Position numbers and translations under genes: made by a program. Source: Eledone cirrhosa (Eukaryota). From it: 64,000 nucleotides of DNA. The DNA is taken from assembly GCA_964016885.1 (NCBI GenBank), contig OZ024742.1, forward strand, positions 191,642,001 to 191,706,000, written 5' to 3'. Shown piece by piece: positions 15,870-30,887 of the stretch. Positions within the stretch are counted from its first letter, which is position 1; every line of letters starts with the position of its first letter. A model generated the notes under the pieces. The model had not been told where the DNA came from and did no database searches. It saw only the letters and a program-made list of their open reading frames with translations.

Positions 15870-15988
15870 GGAGTCGTGTGGCTGAGTGGTTAGAGAATTG
15901 GATTCGCAATCGTGAGGTTTAGAGTTCGATTCCTGGACCGGGCGATGCGTTATGTCCTTGAGCATGAGACTTTATTTCACGTTGCTCA
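15870..15988 (+). mobile_element. tRNA-derived SINE, family 2 (5' part)
   Basis: A box TGGCTGAGTGGT, B box GTTCGATTCC, then GTCCTTGAGCA...TTATTTCACGTTGCTC shared with 59020-59285(-) and 11790-11857(-). Confidence 0.75.
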
Positions 15989-17078
15989 TTCTACCTGGAG
16001 TTGCGACCGATAGATAGTACTAGCAATTGGAAAGACCAACGGTCCGATTTGACGAAATTCGATCGAAAAAAAATATATATATAATTTACGAAGATCTCCG
16101 AATTTAATTTAGCGAGCGTCGACCACTACACATGTTCTCATTTAACTAATATGCTTGTGAATGTGAAAGTACAAACTATCTTTCAGAGTGTACACCGTAA
16201 TTAATCAGTAAGTTAGATAGTACAATCGGGCTCCAGCGCATTTTCAGCAGGATGGCGCATCTTAGCATTGTGTGATATTAAATGTGAAGTCATCTACACC
16301 GATTAGCTTCACTGATTCTAGATGTCGGGTCATTTGACCTCTAAAGGAGGATCACCACTGTTAAGAAAAAGACATTCTTTGGTAGATGAGTTGAATACAA
16401 AGAATGGAGTTCTACCCCCAAATGTACCCAACCATATATAATACGAGAACCAATATTCAAAGGAAATTTCTTTTCGGGGCGATTCTTTTTATATAGAAAA
16501 TACTTCTCTAATTTTGTTTCAATTGAGATGTCCAACTATATCAAAGAGATACATTTGTGTTTGAATTTTGCTAATCCTTAACTGTTGATTTGATACTTGG
16601 GGGTAATATGTGTCATTTCTTGCGTTGCTGCGATTCTGTCATGACATTCACTGACATTTGGTACGAAGAATAATTTGGTAATTGGGTATAATACTCCTCT
16701 GGATGATATTTTGACTATTAACCACTTCAAATTATCGAATCCCGTTCAGTATATTTATGTTTACACCCAAAAGGTAATAGACACAAATAAAATCAGACAT
16801 TTCTCAGTTTACATGAACTTCAATTTCAGGAAGGCTCCCTAGAAGGAAATCAAAACGAATTGGTCTTATTGTAGTGGTATTCTCAATGTTAACGAAGGAA
16901 TGAAGATTCGGTATGCTGAGTTAATCAAGATCTGTGAAAAGCATGGCCCATATAAACATGCCTTTTTCCGTAGAAATTTAACTCCACGAGTTAGACAGAT
17001 TCTAATGCGTGACAAAACGACTAACAAACCAAACTCTCTCCTTAAATGAGATTACGGGTTTACGGGTTAAATGTGAAA

Positions 17079-17240
17079 ATAATTGTTTCTACATTTGGCA
17101 CAAGGCCAGCATTTACCCAGTGTATTACTGGTACTTTATTTTATCAACCACGTAAGGATGAAAAGCAAAGGTAACCTCGGCGGGATTTGAACTCAGAATG
17201 GCAAGGGCCGTAACTCTATGTGTCGATGCTGCCAATCCTA
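17079..17240 (-). mobile_element. SINE family 1, internally deleted
   Basis: Matches family 1 core and tail. Confidence 0.8.
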
Positions 17241-17294
17241 TAAATTGCAAACAAACATTTTAGGAGCAAGGACACCTAGCTGTGAAGAATATAT

Positions 17295-17614
17295 CTAATT
17301 CATTGGAAACTTAATTTGTTCCTGAAAGCTGTTTGTCACCAAAAATTTTTGGAAACCGAAATTATTTTCCCAAGGAAAATACTGAAAGAGAAATACAGTG
17401 TGTGAAAAAGAGACAGATATCACAAAGTAACGAACTACACAGCAGTGAAGCTTTCCCAACGATACTCCAAGCTAGTTGGCAACCGTTGTTGCCGGCTTGT
17501 ATGTTCGTTACTTGAGACACCAATCGTAAACCGAGACGTTTTATTTTAGGAAAAGTTTTTCGAGAACCGATTTTTACGTGATGAGAGGCGTTCGTGAATT
17601 AAGGTTCCACTGTA
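17295..17614. mobile_element. Old pogo/Tigger-like MITE remnant
   Basis: Right end reads TA|CAGTGGAACCTT..TTCACGAAC on the minus strand, resembling Tigger-type TIR with TA target; left end degenerate. Confidence 0.4.
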
Positions 17615-17934
17615 CTGGGTCAACACTATGAGTGCATTCCCCCAACTTATGTTTACCAAATTCTGCATGATGCATAAAATGTATTTGATCCCAAGAATTA
17701 AAATCTAGAGATACGGTTTGAAATTAAAGATATTATGGAAGATGATATGATTACAACAATTAATTATCTATATTCAAACTCAGCACCATGACCATGTGGT
17801 CTCCTAGCCATTATTACAACGTGAAAATACAACCTCACCAATCCAATAAAAGTGTTAATAAAAAGATTATTATCAATCGGTGTGTGCCCAGAACTACTAA
17901 AAGGAGCAACAATATCATATATACTCTAATGAGC

Positions 17935-18335
17935 ATAGGTGATGTGAAAAATTACATTTCTGTCACACCTCACTGAACCAATATTCTAGAACGTATTGTC
18001 CGAAAAAGATATTATCTGCCTTGAGAAATACAGCCTCCTAGATAATACACAGCCGTTAATTGTCACAAAGCCTCATAAAAATCTAAAGAATGGACTCCGA
18101 TAGCATATACCTTGATTTTTCTAAATCATTTGAGAATATTGATGGAATCATCTGACATGGATGAACAGATCTTGGTATCACAGCGGATCTTGGAGAATAG
18201 CACTTTGACTTCCTAAACCGTAGGAATCAATCTGTCTACCAATTACGATTCAATCTGTCTACCACCTCATTTATAATAAGAGGTATACCTCAGTGTACGC
18301 GTGTAGGACAATTATTTTTTATCATCTAACATTCT
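17935..18335 (+). pseudogene. Degenerate CR1/L2/Jockey-group LINE reverse transcriptase fragment
   Basis: Hand translation gives ILERIVR (~17980), DSIYLDFSKSFE (18099), FLNRRNQSV (~18210), [15 protein letters not shown] (18282); many stops/indels. Confidence 0.7.
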
Positions 18336-18392
18336 GATACATGTAGTAATAATAAATACAAAAACCAAAATCCAAGAAGAACACGATGAGAG

Positions 18393-18514
<122 letters not shown>

Positions 18515-18870
18515 CATCGGAGTCATTCCGAAGATTTGATTATGCATACATTGTAGTTAAGATTGAGTGACACAACTTCAAGTGATTAGCAATTTTAGAC
18601 ACCCTAATCAAAGAAACACTTGTTAATACTGTAAATAAAAGCCTTTTTTGTACTGTTGACCATGTTATTCTTCACTCTTTCACTATTATCACTCCAAGAT
18701 TAACCTGCATAGGGAACTCGCCATCTACCTAAGGAAACCTCTTGTTGAGTCAAACAACGCCGTACTTTGAAACTATCTACAATAGAGAGTACTCATAACC
18801 TCTAACTAGATTACCTATAACGATAATTTGTTATCCAATAAATATATATATATATATATATATATATTTA

Positions 18871-18918
<48 letters not shown>

Positions 18919-18920
<2 letters not shown>

Positions 18921-19090
18921 AAAAAGAGATGAAATCGAAAATGCAACTGGAGTCTTATTTTTAAAAGAAATATATATATTTATTTGGTTCCTTTACCGGT
19001 TTCGCAGTTCTTCTTCTTTTCAAAAGGTGAGTTGAGGTGGAGGGTCTGTGGTTTTTCTCCAGTTGCATTTTCGATTTCATCTCTTTTTCT
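18919..19090 (-). mobile_element. Insert with ~34-bp inverted arms enclosing a U3-A8 HHR variant (18990-19027)
   Basis: AGAAAAAGAGATGAAATCGAAAATGCAACTGGAG and its reverse complement; minus strand CCTT-TTGAAAA-GAAG-AAGAA-CTGC-GAAAC-CG-GTA-AAGG. Confidence 0.65.
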
Positions 19091-19150
19091 TTATACTTTC
19101 ACTCGTGTAGGACACCTCGGTTAATTTTTATTTTGTAAAAAAAACCTCAC

Positions 19151-19270
<120 letters not shown>

Positions 19271-19322
19271 GTATGTATGTATATTTGTAAATGTATGTAT
19301 ATGTATCTACATTTGCATTTGC

Positions 19323-19391
<69 letters not shown>

Positions 19392-19669
19392 TGTGTGTGT
19401 GTGAGTGTGTGTGTGTGTGTGTACGGGTGTGTATAGAGCGAGAGAGGGAGTGGTGTAGGGAATGGTAAGGTAAGGTAGATAGACAAAATTTATTGCATGA
19501 TCGACAAGAAAGGAAAGAAGGTAGAAATAGACAACAAGGGAAAATGGAGGAGGGTGAGAGTCAGGTGAGTGTGGTAAATTCTTACTTGAAGACAGGAACA
19601 TCCGTCTGTGATAGAGGATCTATGGAAGATGAAGGGGAAAAAATCAAATTATTCAGCAATTCTCTATAT

Positions 19670-20354
19670 TGCTCGATGTGTCTTGAAGTGCATGTGTGTA
19701 CGTGTAGTTGCCTGCAAGTGCATGTCTGTCAGCAAGTGCATGTTTGTATATGCGTGTCTAAGCAGATGTACATGTATGTGCATATCTGCAAATGCATGTG
19801 TGTTCATGTGTTCGTGTGCCAGTTAGTGCTTGTATTAGTGTTTGTTCAAGTGGATGTATGTATATGTCTGAAATTGCATTGCAGTGTGTGCTCATCAGTG
19901 AGTTTGTCAATATATGCCTGTGTGCGTGTTTACTTGCAAATGCATGCGTGTCTGCTTCTATGCATGTGCATATTTGTGCATATGCGCATGCATGCAATAT
20001 GTGTGCGTGTTTCTACCTGGATCTAAGTCTGCGTGCATGCTTACACCTCTATGTAAGTGTCTGAGCGAATAATTGTTGTTAGTGCATGTGTGTCTGTGTG
20101 TCAAAGCATGTATGTGTGTATGTGTGTTTCAATGCATGAATGTGTATTAATGTAGGTATGCTTTTTAAAGAATATGTGTATTAGTGATTGGTAGTGTTAG
20201 TGCATGTATGTGTATTAGTGTGGGCCTACTTGTTAATAGATGTGTGTATAGTGCTTGGTTGTGTATCAGTGCATGTGTACCAATGCGGGTTTGTCATTGC
20301 ATGGTTGACAGTGCATGCTTAATTTTCAGTGACGTTATGTGTGACTGTGTGTGT

Positions 20355-20398
<44 letters not shown>

Positions 20399-20432
20399 GT
20401 GTGCGTGTGTGCGTGTGTGTGTGTGTGCGTGT
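19670..20432. repeat. Degenerate (TG)n/GTGCAT low-complexity region
   Basis: Directly visible decayed TG-rich tract. Confidence 0.8.
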
Positions 20433-20577
20433 GTACCTATTCCTCACACAAGACAAAACTATCACTAACATTATGCTAGTTTCCAAAATCTTCCATCCCT
20501 TCTGTTGCATCCAAAACACGCTACACACACATACGCATACACACACACACATACGCATACACGCACGCACGCACACG

Positions 20578-20629
<52 letters not shown>

Positions 20630-20630
20630 T

Positions 20631-20683
<53 letters not shown>

Positions 20684-20719
20684 TATATATATTTATACAT
20701 ATATAGATATAGATATATA

Positions 20720-20799
<80 letters not shown>

Positions 20800-20894
20800 T
20801 ATATAGGTATATATATTTATACATATATAGATATAAATATATATGTGTATATATATATATATATAGGTATATATATTTATACATATATAGATAT

Positions 20895-21003
<109 letters not shown>

Positions 21004-21853
21004 CGTATATATATATATATAGTTCTTTATCCTTTCTTTTGCAACACACAGACTGGTAGTGAAAGTATTAGTGGGGTAACGTGGAAAGGGCTGGTTCGGC
21101 CCCTATAACGTCTGTAATTCCGAGAGAAAAATTAGAGAGGAAGCAAGATCTATCACACCCGTTTTTCCAATAATATTGTGCAATATATGCAGTCATTTTC
21201 ATAACAATGTCGCAAGGAAGAACAATGCATTATTGATGAAGACCATTCGTAAAAGAAGGTTTAAAATATATTTTGTTAACCTTCATTTTATCTATTTCTT
21301 TTTATTACTATTTTTAGATGTTTTCCCGGTTTAATTATTGTTTGGTTGACAATATGATAGATCCTCTGTTGAGTTGAACGAAGGGCATTCGGTCGTTTTA
21401 TCAATTGAACATCCAGCTCAAGAATTCATGTGAACGTGGGTGAATTTTTCTCATACATGTGTAACCTAAACGTAATTCACAGGTGGAATCAGCCGTTTGG
21501 AATATCTGTTAAGACCTCAAATAATTTCAATTAGAGAGATAATCCACAGGTCAGGCTTCAATAATGTTTAGTTAACAAAATTACGCTTATATAACTTGTG
21601 CCAACTCGAGAGTCTGGAATGAACATATTCTCATGACGGCACGCATAGGGATCAAACCAGGGACCTTATGCTTGTGTTGCAGAAATGTTTAAAACAGATC
21701 CATGCGGCATACAGATGTTCACATTTTTGTTTAATAGATGTGCTTCTGGTCTACCAAAATTAAGGCTCACTATGCAGAGTTAGAACTAGTCATTTCCCTA
21801 AATTTGAAACTTCGGCTACTGCATATATATATACATATATACATATACATATA

Positions 21854-21957
<104 letters not shown>

Positions 21958-21990
21958 GCTTCTCGCTACAACAATTTCTATACTTTTCAT

Positions 21991-22205
<215 letters not shown>

Positions 22206-22657
22206 GTTTCTGAAAGCATAACAATTTATATATATATATATATATATATATATGCAAATATTTATAATGATGCACATGCATGACTCACGTATCTATAAAA
22301 GAGCACAGCAGTGTAGACAGACAATAACGATGTTACTGAAACATCGTGTGTCCCTTCACTCTCTGATATATTTGAATATCGATCTATGGAACCGCTGTTC
22401 TAAATGTTGATAATGACTCACTTTCTCCTTCCCTCCCTTTTTCCGCTCATTCACTCCATTATTTTAAGTGTAGAGAGGTATAGAGATGTATCAAATGTCT
22501 CAATATACATAGACCTTATTTCAATAAGAGATCTGTTTTAGATTTTTCGACACGATTCTCTCTCTTCCGCGTTTTCCTTTTCTGTAGTTCCGTGTATATA
22601 TACATGTATGCATGTAAATATATTCATATATATATGTATATATATATATATATATAT

Positions 22658-22848
22658 AAGCAAAGAGATATTTAATTTGTTGGTAATTCAACAAATATAT
22701 TGAAAACAGAATCGAAGGACTCGATAGGTTTTCTGGACTACACTATCAATGATATTAATAAATGGAAACTATATTTATAAAACCATAAATAAGGTTTTAT
22801 AAATACAGTTTTATATATATAGTTTCCATTTATTAATATCATTGATAT
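22658..22848. mobile_element. PLE pLTR tail fold-back (family of 53090-53321)
   Basis: Inverted copy of 53190-53321 folding back on ATCAATGATATTAATAAATGGAAACTATAT/ATATAGTTTCCATTTATTAATATCATTGAT; (TA)n both sides. Confidence 0.7.
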
Positions 22849-23066
22849 ATATATATATATATATATAGGAACCAGTAAGACCCCGACGGCTGAGCTCAAG
22901 CCGTTCGACTATATATATATATATAATAATAATAATAAATATGAAGATTAAAGTCCAAAGCGGGCTCGATAAGGGTAAATATGCCTTATATACGTATTTA
23001 TGTGTGTACATTTATATACCTTTATATAATTATATGTATACTCACACCCACACATACACACACTCA

Positions 23067-23959
23067 TCTATATATATAGAACTGTGGTTGTCTGTCTGTC
23101 TATCGATTTTTGGCACACATCTCCTCTTAGAATCTCTCATGGAATTGCACCGAAATTGCTATACTTGTACATTGAGCCCTAGCGAAGACATCGGAAAAAA
23201 AAAATTTCAAATTGACCCACCCTATGTGACGAAATCGAATATAATGTATCGATTTTTGAGCGTAAGTGATCAGTTATTTCCCTTTGTTCTGTTTACATTG
23301 AGCGTCTGCGTGCAAACATTAAAAAAATTACGCTGGCTTTCTCAGCGTTTAAAATGACATTAACACAATACACGATTTAAAGACTACGTAAAACAAGCCT
23401 TTTAAAACAATATTTTTACTTGAAAACAAGTCTATTTAAAAACTACTTAAAACAAGCAAATATTTCGTAAAAAAAAGCAAAAATTATATAAGTTTATATA
23501 AAATATATGTATCTGTAAATTTCGTTAGGCGTGCAGACAGACAGTCGTGCAGAGAGGTGATATAGGCGTGCAGACAGACAGTCGTGCAGAGAGGTGATAT
23601 AGGCGTGCGGACAGACAGTCGTGCAGAGAGGTGATATAGGCGTGCAGACAGACATAACTGATAATTTGGTTACGCTAATGTTTTTCTCTGCGTTGCAGTG
23701 TTTACATTTTCGATCTTTGTTAATAAATAACCAGTGCAGTTTCTATCCCCAGCATCCTCTTTTGTTATAACATTCGGGGTATCGTTATGTTTTCTTAACT
23801 TCATAAGGCATATTGTTGGTTGAGGGAATATTAATCAAAAACACCACATGCAAGTCTGCACAGTAGACACTACAGTTTTTAAGCCAAGAAAGAAACTTAA
23901 CATTGTAACTTTAACAAAGCTACTGAGCGACCCCGAGCAACGCCGGGCTTTACTGCTAG
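23067..23959 (+). mobile_element. Non-autonomous Helitron
   Basis: 5' A|TC, (TCTG)n tract, 3' GC-rich hairpin CCCGAGCAACGCCGGG about 10 nt before CTAG|T; inserted in an AT dinucleotide with no TSD. Confidence 0.8.
23526..23654 (+). repeat. 37-bp tandem minisatellite (3 full + 1 partial) inside the Helitron
   Basis: Unit TAGGCGTGCAGACAGACAGTCGTGCAGAGAGGTGATA at 23526, 23563, 23600, partial 23637. Confidence 0.95.
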
Positions 23960-24221
23960 TATATATATATATGTATTTGTTTCTATGTATTTGGTGTATA
24001 CGTTCGTATGTGTGCCGATACATGTGTCCCGCGGGTTTATGTATGTGTGTGCGTGTTTATGTGTACGTGCATGTATATATGCATGCATGGTGGGTGTTTT
24101 CGCGTATGCACGTGTATGTACGTATATAGATGCGTGAATGTATATATTTAATTATTATTACTTTTATGATTTTAATAACCTATTCAATTTCGTTCTACTA
24201 ATTCATTTACATTACCCTTAA

Positions 24222-24370
24222 CTCCAGCATAGATTTACGCCCCTTTGCATTCTGAATTCAAATCCCGCCGAGGTTAACTTTGCCTTTCATTCTTACGGGG
24301 TCGATAAAATAAAGTACCTGTAATGCACTGTATAATTGCTGGCCTTGTGCCAAAAGTAGAAACCATTATT
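24222..24370 (+). mobile_element. SINE family 1, 5'-truncated
   Basis: B box, core and tail present. Confidence 0.8.
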
Positions 24371-24703
24371 CTTAACACTGAAGCCAAGAATCATTCAGTT
24401 TCTTAAATAGAATATTAGTCTACGACTCCATTTATAGCATAATCGTGTTTTGTCTTTGTTTTCAGCGCTCCACATAACGACGTATTTTCTTCGCTTTTTT
24501 TTCGTTCATTGCCAGGGAACGTCTTCACGAACCAAAGTATCGTCTTCCTGTTTTCCTTCGGTTCCAAAGTTTTTCGAAATATTTACTTCTGCGTTCACAG
24601 ATTGATTTTTTAGTTTCAGAAGATCCCGTTATGTAGCGATTCTTTGCTTAAACATTTATCTGTTATTTTAAAACACACACACATGCACACACACACACAT
24701 ACA

Positions 24704-24783
<80 letters not shown>

Positions 24784-25871
24784 CATAAATGTAAGGATTC
24801 ATATATATATATATATATATATTTATTAATTAGCTTTAAACTATCTCTGTTATTGTATTAAATATTTACTCTTGATTGGCCAGAGGTGATTATTTCCAGG
24901 TACCTTATGAATTTAACTTTCCGTATTTATTACTGTTGTGAAATATTGTGGCTTTTTTGGGGTTCTAACTTCTCTGTTTTTTAGCCTAAGAAAATATATA
25001 TATATGCCTACGTATATAATTACATGCATATATGTATTTATTTTCTTTTATTAATTGAGTTCTTTACACGAGGAATTCATATTGGTTTAGAAATAACTAA
25101 TTAACCCACGTGTGTTTTATATTTTACTCTTAATAATTCGGCCGGAGAATTATATTCCCATTTGCCCTTTATACCATAACTTTCTGCATTTACTGCGGTT
25201 ATGAGAAGCGGTTCTTATTCGGGAACAAATTCTGATTTAGCCTAAGAAAATATCTATATGCGTGTGTAATTTATACAAGCATATATTTATTTTTTTTATT
25301 TTCAATTGAGTTCTTAAACACGTTGGATTGATAATGTTTTCAAAAAAACTAATTAACCCGCGTGTATATTATTATTTTTTTTCCTCATTTCGTGGATCGT
25401 GAGTTGTCTCCCCTTCCCGCTTCGTGTCGCTATGATACTTCCTCAGTCAAAAACTGCTGGAATTTCAAATTTGGCGGTCATTCGAGGTGAGAGAGAGCAA
25501 CGTTACGGACATGATTTTTGACAGCGACAAGAAATTGTTTTCTTATATCAATGTTTAATGGGCTTCCACTGATGATTTATAAGTGCCCACCTAAATATAT
25601 TCTTACATGAATATATATTAGGCTTCTACATAAACTGGTAACATTCTCCCAACTTGTAGACAACTTATAATGAAACAATTGTTTGGAAAGAGAGATATAA
25701 TTTAACTTTAATTATATCTCATAAAATAATACAACTGGTTTTTCCACATTATACATATTGTTAGCACCCCAAACACTTAAATTGGGTTTATATTTTAATA
25801 TAACCCAATGTTTGTTGAGTGAGATGGTTACCAGTCAGAGTTTAGCTTTAAACTATCTCTGTTATTGTATT

Positions 25872-25975
<104 letters not shown>

Positions 25976-26030
25976 TTATATATGTATCTATTTATTTATA
26001 TATGTATATATTTATATATATATATATTTA

Positions 26031-26093
<63 letters not shown>

Positions 26094-26126
26094 ATAATAA
26101 AATGTGGAGAGGAAGCACACGAGTTA

Positions 26127-26166
<40 letters not shown>

Positions 26167-26351
26167 ACAGGGAGAAAAAGACGATTATTAAGAAGAAAAA
26201 TATATTTTTTTCCCTTTTTATATATTTCTCTCTTTTTTCTAGGTTAGAAAATGATTAAAACGAAATAATTTACTTCGTGTGAAGTGTGAAGGTATTAGAT
26301 GATTTATTTATTAATTAACAATGGCATTTATTTATTTATATATTTGATAAT

Positions 26352-26395
26352 TGTCTATTACCGGTTTCAGCATTGTTATGCATTATCAAATGATA
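26352..26395 (-). ncRNA. HHR-like motif, U3-A8 variant
   Basis: Minus strand TCAT-TTGATAA-TGCAT-AACA-ATGCT-GAAAC-CG-GTA-ATAG; stem I weak. Confidence 0.5.
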
Positions 26396-26648
26396 ATAAT
26401 ATGTATTGGTGTAGAATGGTGATGTTGGACATGCTAAAGAAATGGTGCAGAAAAAATAATGTTATTTACAAACAAGGTTTATGATGTGAAAAGAAAAAAG
26501 AAAGAAAGGAGCGCAATTGGGAGCATATTAAGTCAATGTGAAAGAAAAAATAATGTTATTTACAGGCATAGTACTTGAAGATAAGCAGATCAAAATGTGT
26601 CAATATAGCAAGGGTGCTTAATTGATCCATGATGGAGGCAAATGGTGG

Positions 26649-26691
26649 ACGTTGCATACGATAGCTATTAAGCTTGAAACTAGTACAGCGT
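26649..26691 (+). ncRNA. HHR paralog of 3348-3390 with mutated core
   Basis: ACGTTG-CATACGA-TAGCT-ATTA-AGCTT-GAAAC-TAG-TA-CAGCGT. Confidence 0.55.
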
Positions 26692-26899
26692 TCCTTTGTC
26701 AGTGTTGAACAAACGAGCAACGATGGTTGCTAGACACTACGGCTTAATACGCGATGTGTGTTTACAAACACACCGAGAATTATAATAAATGTTCGGTGAA
26801 TCCATACGTACACATATATATATGTGTGCATGTATGTATATATATATATATATATACATACTACTGTACGTCTGTATACATATATATATATATGTACGT

Positions 26900-26993
<94 letters not shown>

Positions 26994-27050
26994 CACAGAA
27001 AAAAGAGAATTAGTGTTTTAACAGAAGGAATTTATTGGACATATTACAAT

Positions 27051-27244
27051 AGGGCGGTGGATTGGCAATATCGGTAGAGGGTCGGACGCCATGCTTTCCA
27101 GCATAGTTACGTCCCTTTACGATCTGAGTTCAAATCCTGCCGAGGTTGACTTTGCCTTTGATCCTTACGGGGTCGATAAAATAAAGTACCAGTAATGCAC
27201 TGGTTAATTGCTGTCCTTGTGCCTAAAGTAAAAACAATTATTAC
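27051..27244 (+). mobile_element. SINE family 1, full length
   Basis: A box, B box, core, (ATT)n tail. Confidence 0.9.
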
Positions 27245-27498
27245 TATAGATATAGTAATAATTTACGTCTGAGTAGATAGCAGTGAGACAATCCTTACTG
27301 CAAGATGCAGCAAGCTCACCTTGAACTATGAACTCTTTCTGATGAAGTGCAGTATTTTATGTAATGTTAGCGATTGAGCATAATACTATGCAATCACTGT
27401 TCGTAGACTGATGTTGTAATGAAACGTGTCTAATTCAATTTTTCTCCTCTAACTTCTACTTCATGCCTAGTCGTTTGTTTTTCCTAGTACTATACCTT

Positions 27499-27567
<69 letters not shown>

Positions 27568-28041
27568 ATGTGTTTATGCACGTATGTGTATGTATATGTA
27601 TATATATATATATACATATACGTGTGTGTGTGTAAATTTATATTATACATTTATGTTAATACATGGAGCAAAATGTGCTACTTAATGTTTCAAGGTTCAA
27701 GTATGGCCATCTCCCCGGCCCGGAATGTGAATAATGGTGCAGACACGATGAGCTATTAAATTTGTGACCTAGTTACCAGAGGCTTGCGCTAGGTCACATA
27801 TTTGATCGCTCCTCCCTCTTCACCATATAGTGGTCCTATTTGGACCTTGAAACATTAGGTAGCCTTTTGTTTGTGTGTATGAACGTAAATAAATAATATA
27901 TATGAGCTCTTACACAGGATTTAGCACTGCCGTCCTATTTCCTTTTCCACATTCACCGATATTTTACCACACACACACGTAATTTCACACATATTCACAC
28001 ATGAATACATACATATATCTATCCATGCATACATACATACA

Positions 28042-28599
28042 TGGTGGCTGCCAACTCGTTTTCGAGTACGGCCACTACTTTATATCCTTGTAGGAGACAC
28101 CCTACCGATGCGCTGAACGAGTGTGATTTTTAGTCCAGCAAACGACTTGAAAACTCTGGTACAAACACTACACTTGTGACAATTATTGACACATAGTGCT
28201 GGGCCCATTGTACCATGTCACGACAAGTGCAGAGAGATCTCCAGATATAAAGCAATGCCTGTGCCGTGAAGCTTTTATAGTGAGCAAAGGCACTGCACAA
28301 AGCCAGTCCCACTCTCTTAACCAAGATGATATTTACCAAAAAGAAGAACAAGTCAACATCATTGGATACCATCAGAGTTGCAGCTGTTATATCAGAGTTT
28401 TCCTTCTCCTAGAATTCTGCCTTGACAAAGGCTAATGGGTCATCTCTCCCGGTGAATTTGGATGGCCATTGACTCTTAAGAGCTCCTTTTCCCCTTGACA
28501 GGTTTTGTTTTTAGTCCTGCAGGATGTCCGAAGTCACTCTCCTCAACAAGAAACCTTAGTGGGGTTGCCAGTTCAGTCGCCAACGACCCGACCATGAGA
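28042..28599. mobile_element. Unclassified insert flanked by (CATA)n on both sides
   Basis: Higher-GC segment bounded by CATACATACATAC (28028-28041) and a long (CATA)n (28600-28672); no recognisable ORF. Confidence 0.35.
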
Positions 28600-28956
28600 C
28601 ATACATACATACATACATACATACATACATACATACATACATACATACATACATACATACATACATACATACGCGTGTGTGTGTCATTTTAATATCTGTG
28701 TAAGCATTTATCGATTGAACAATCTTGCTTCCATTGTGTGATTATTTTCCTGATACTTTTTACCTCGTCTTGCTTTTCAATATGGTGTTCTCTTTTTAAA
28801 CTCATATCCCATTTTTATATCGTACTTTCTTTCTGTCTCTTCTCTACTATAATTATAATGGTTATCTTTAGATTTATTGCATTCACTCTCTTCAATTTCT
28901 CCTTTCTTTCCCTCTCTACACCCCCGCCTAATATATACATATACATATATATATAT

Positions 28957-29024
<68 letters not shown>

Positions 29025-30755
29025 GAGTGTATTATTTCTCAGTTTCTCTTTCTAACACAGTAAAATGTGATTGTATATACCCCATTGTAACGTGAACATC
29101 CTATACCTTCTTTTATTGGCGTCACTTCCCGTAAAGGCAGGTCACTGCCGGAAGTTATTGCAATAAATATAACATTTCTTGAAATAAAGTTAATGTTAGT
29201 TTGCTCTTTCTCCCCCACCCCCAACCCCAACTGACCCCATATTTTCAGTATAAATGATGCACACACTATCCAAACACTCTAAGATGTGTATAAAGTATAT
29301 TTGCCATGTCAAACGTTTGGCATTGAGAAGAAAATAACTTCTCGGAATTTCTCTTAATCAAGTGTTACGTTTTCATAATTTACGACATAACATTACCACT
29401 TCCTACTGGACGCCATAGATTTTATTATATTCTATTTTATATATTTTATTATATTAGCACTGCCGTCCTATTATATTCTGATTTTTTTTTTTTATATTTC
29501 ATTGATTTCCGCCTGCTGTTCTTTAGGCGTAATACATTTGTATTTTTTCATTCCTACAAATTAGATTGAACCATAGAACATAAAACTACCCATGCTAGAA
29601 CCTCTATAAAAAATATGTCTTTAAGATTTTATTCTGATTGGTACAATCGCTTTAATTTCATGACTTGGAGAGAAATTATTTTATATTTTGCTATTTCGTA
29701 TCAAAACCATTAACAGTAAAATTCAACTGCAGAATCATAATTTATTATTATTCTATTTCGGCTTTATTTTTCAGTGATGGAGATAATAAAAAAAATATTA
29801 TAGAATTTCAGTCATAAATACGTATTTCAATCTTTAACTGGATCTCGTCAGTATGATATCCAAATCAAGATGATTTATTAACATAAAGACAGTTTTTCAG
29901 TTCAGAGATGCATGTAGCTAAAGGGCTAAGGAGCAATATGTTCAGAAACAGGAGATACAGAGAAATGTTAAATGTATTTAAACATGTTTTTTAATGTATA
30001 AGATGACAAGAGAGAGGGATAAAATATATCAGTTAGGGACGATGAATTTGGCGTAATGTTAGAGCGGTGAACAGAATGCCTTGTGGTATTTGTTCCGGGT
30101 TTTTACGTTGTCAGTTCAAATCCAGTTATGGTTTTCGTGGGTGAGAAGTACAATCCTTTGCTGGGTTTCAACACAACCACTTGACGTTTGGGTATCTTTA
30201 GCGGAGGTTCTTCACCCCTATTTCAATCTACCCCATCAGCGTCAGAGGTCCCGAATATCTTCATTGGCAATCACATTTTTTCACTAACTAAAATGTGAAA
30301 TAAAATGGTCATTTTTTTAATAATTAAATACCATGTTAGGACATTTTTACGAAAAACATTTTTTCGATCAAATTAGTTGTTCAGTGTCAATTCTTAATTA
30401 TATTTCAATTCATAAATCTAAATAATCTGTTGCATTTAAGTGTACCATAAATATGTTGCCATTTATATCAACAACAACAGAAATATTCCAGTTTTACAGT
30501 TATAAATCAATTTAAAGGTATTTCGTATGTTGCCAATTCAAAGATTGGCGCCGTTGTAGTTTTTAGCTACATTACTCTCCCCACTTTCATCGATTCTCTT
30601 TACAGTATAGACATACGGCTGTATATCTTTGCTTTTATAGAATTTCATATACTACTGATGCACCTAACTCCACTATCTTTCTTCCTGTCAACAGAAATAA
30701 ATGTCTCTAATTATTATCCTATATATATATATGTATATATATACATGTATATATT

Positions 30756-30887
<132 letters not shown>

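Noticed and set aside
15870-15945. Possible tRNA gene
   Set aside because: tRNA-like head continues into a SINE core shared with other copies; no clean cloverleaf.
16330-16720. Possible PLE RT remnant on the minus strand (FDI, GTFGG-like)
   Set aside because: Too degenerate to support by eye.
19493-20468. Cys/His-rich ORFs resembling zinc-finger or metallothionein proteins
   Set aside because: Decayed (TG)n sequence open in several frames.
23526-23654. CRISPR-like 37-bp repeats
   Set aside because: Contiguous tandem units without spacers, eukaryotic context, no cas genes.
27335-27435. CTGATGA ... GAAACGTGTC as an HHR
   Set aside because: Could not establish convincing stems I and II; not counted.
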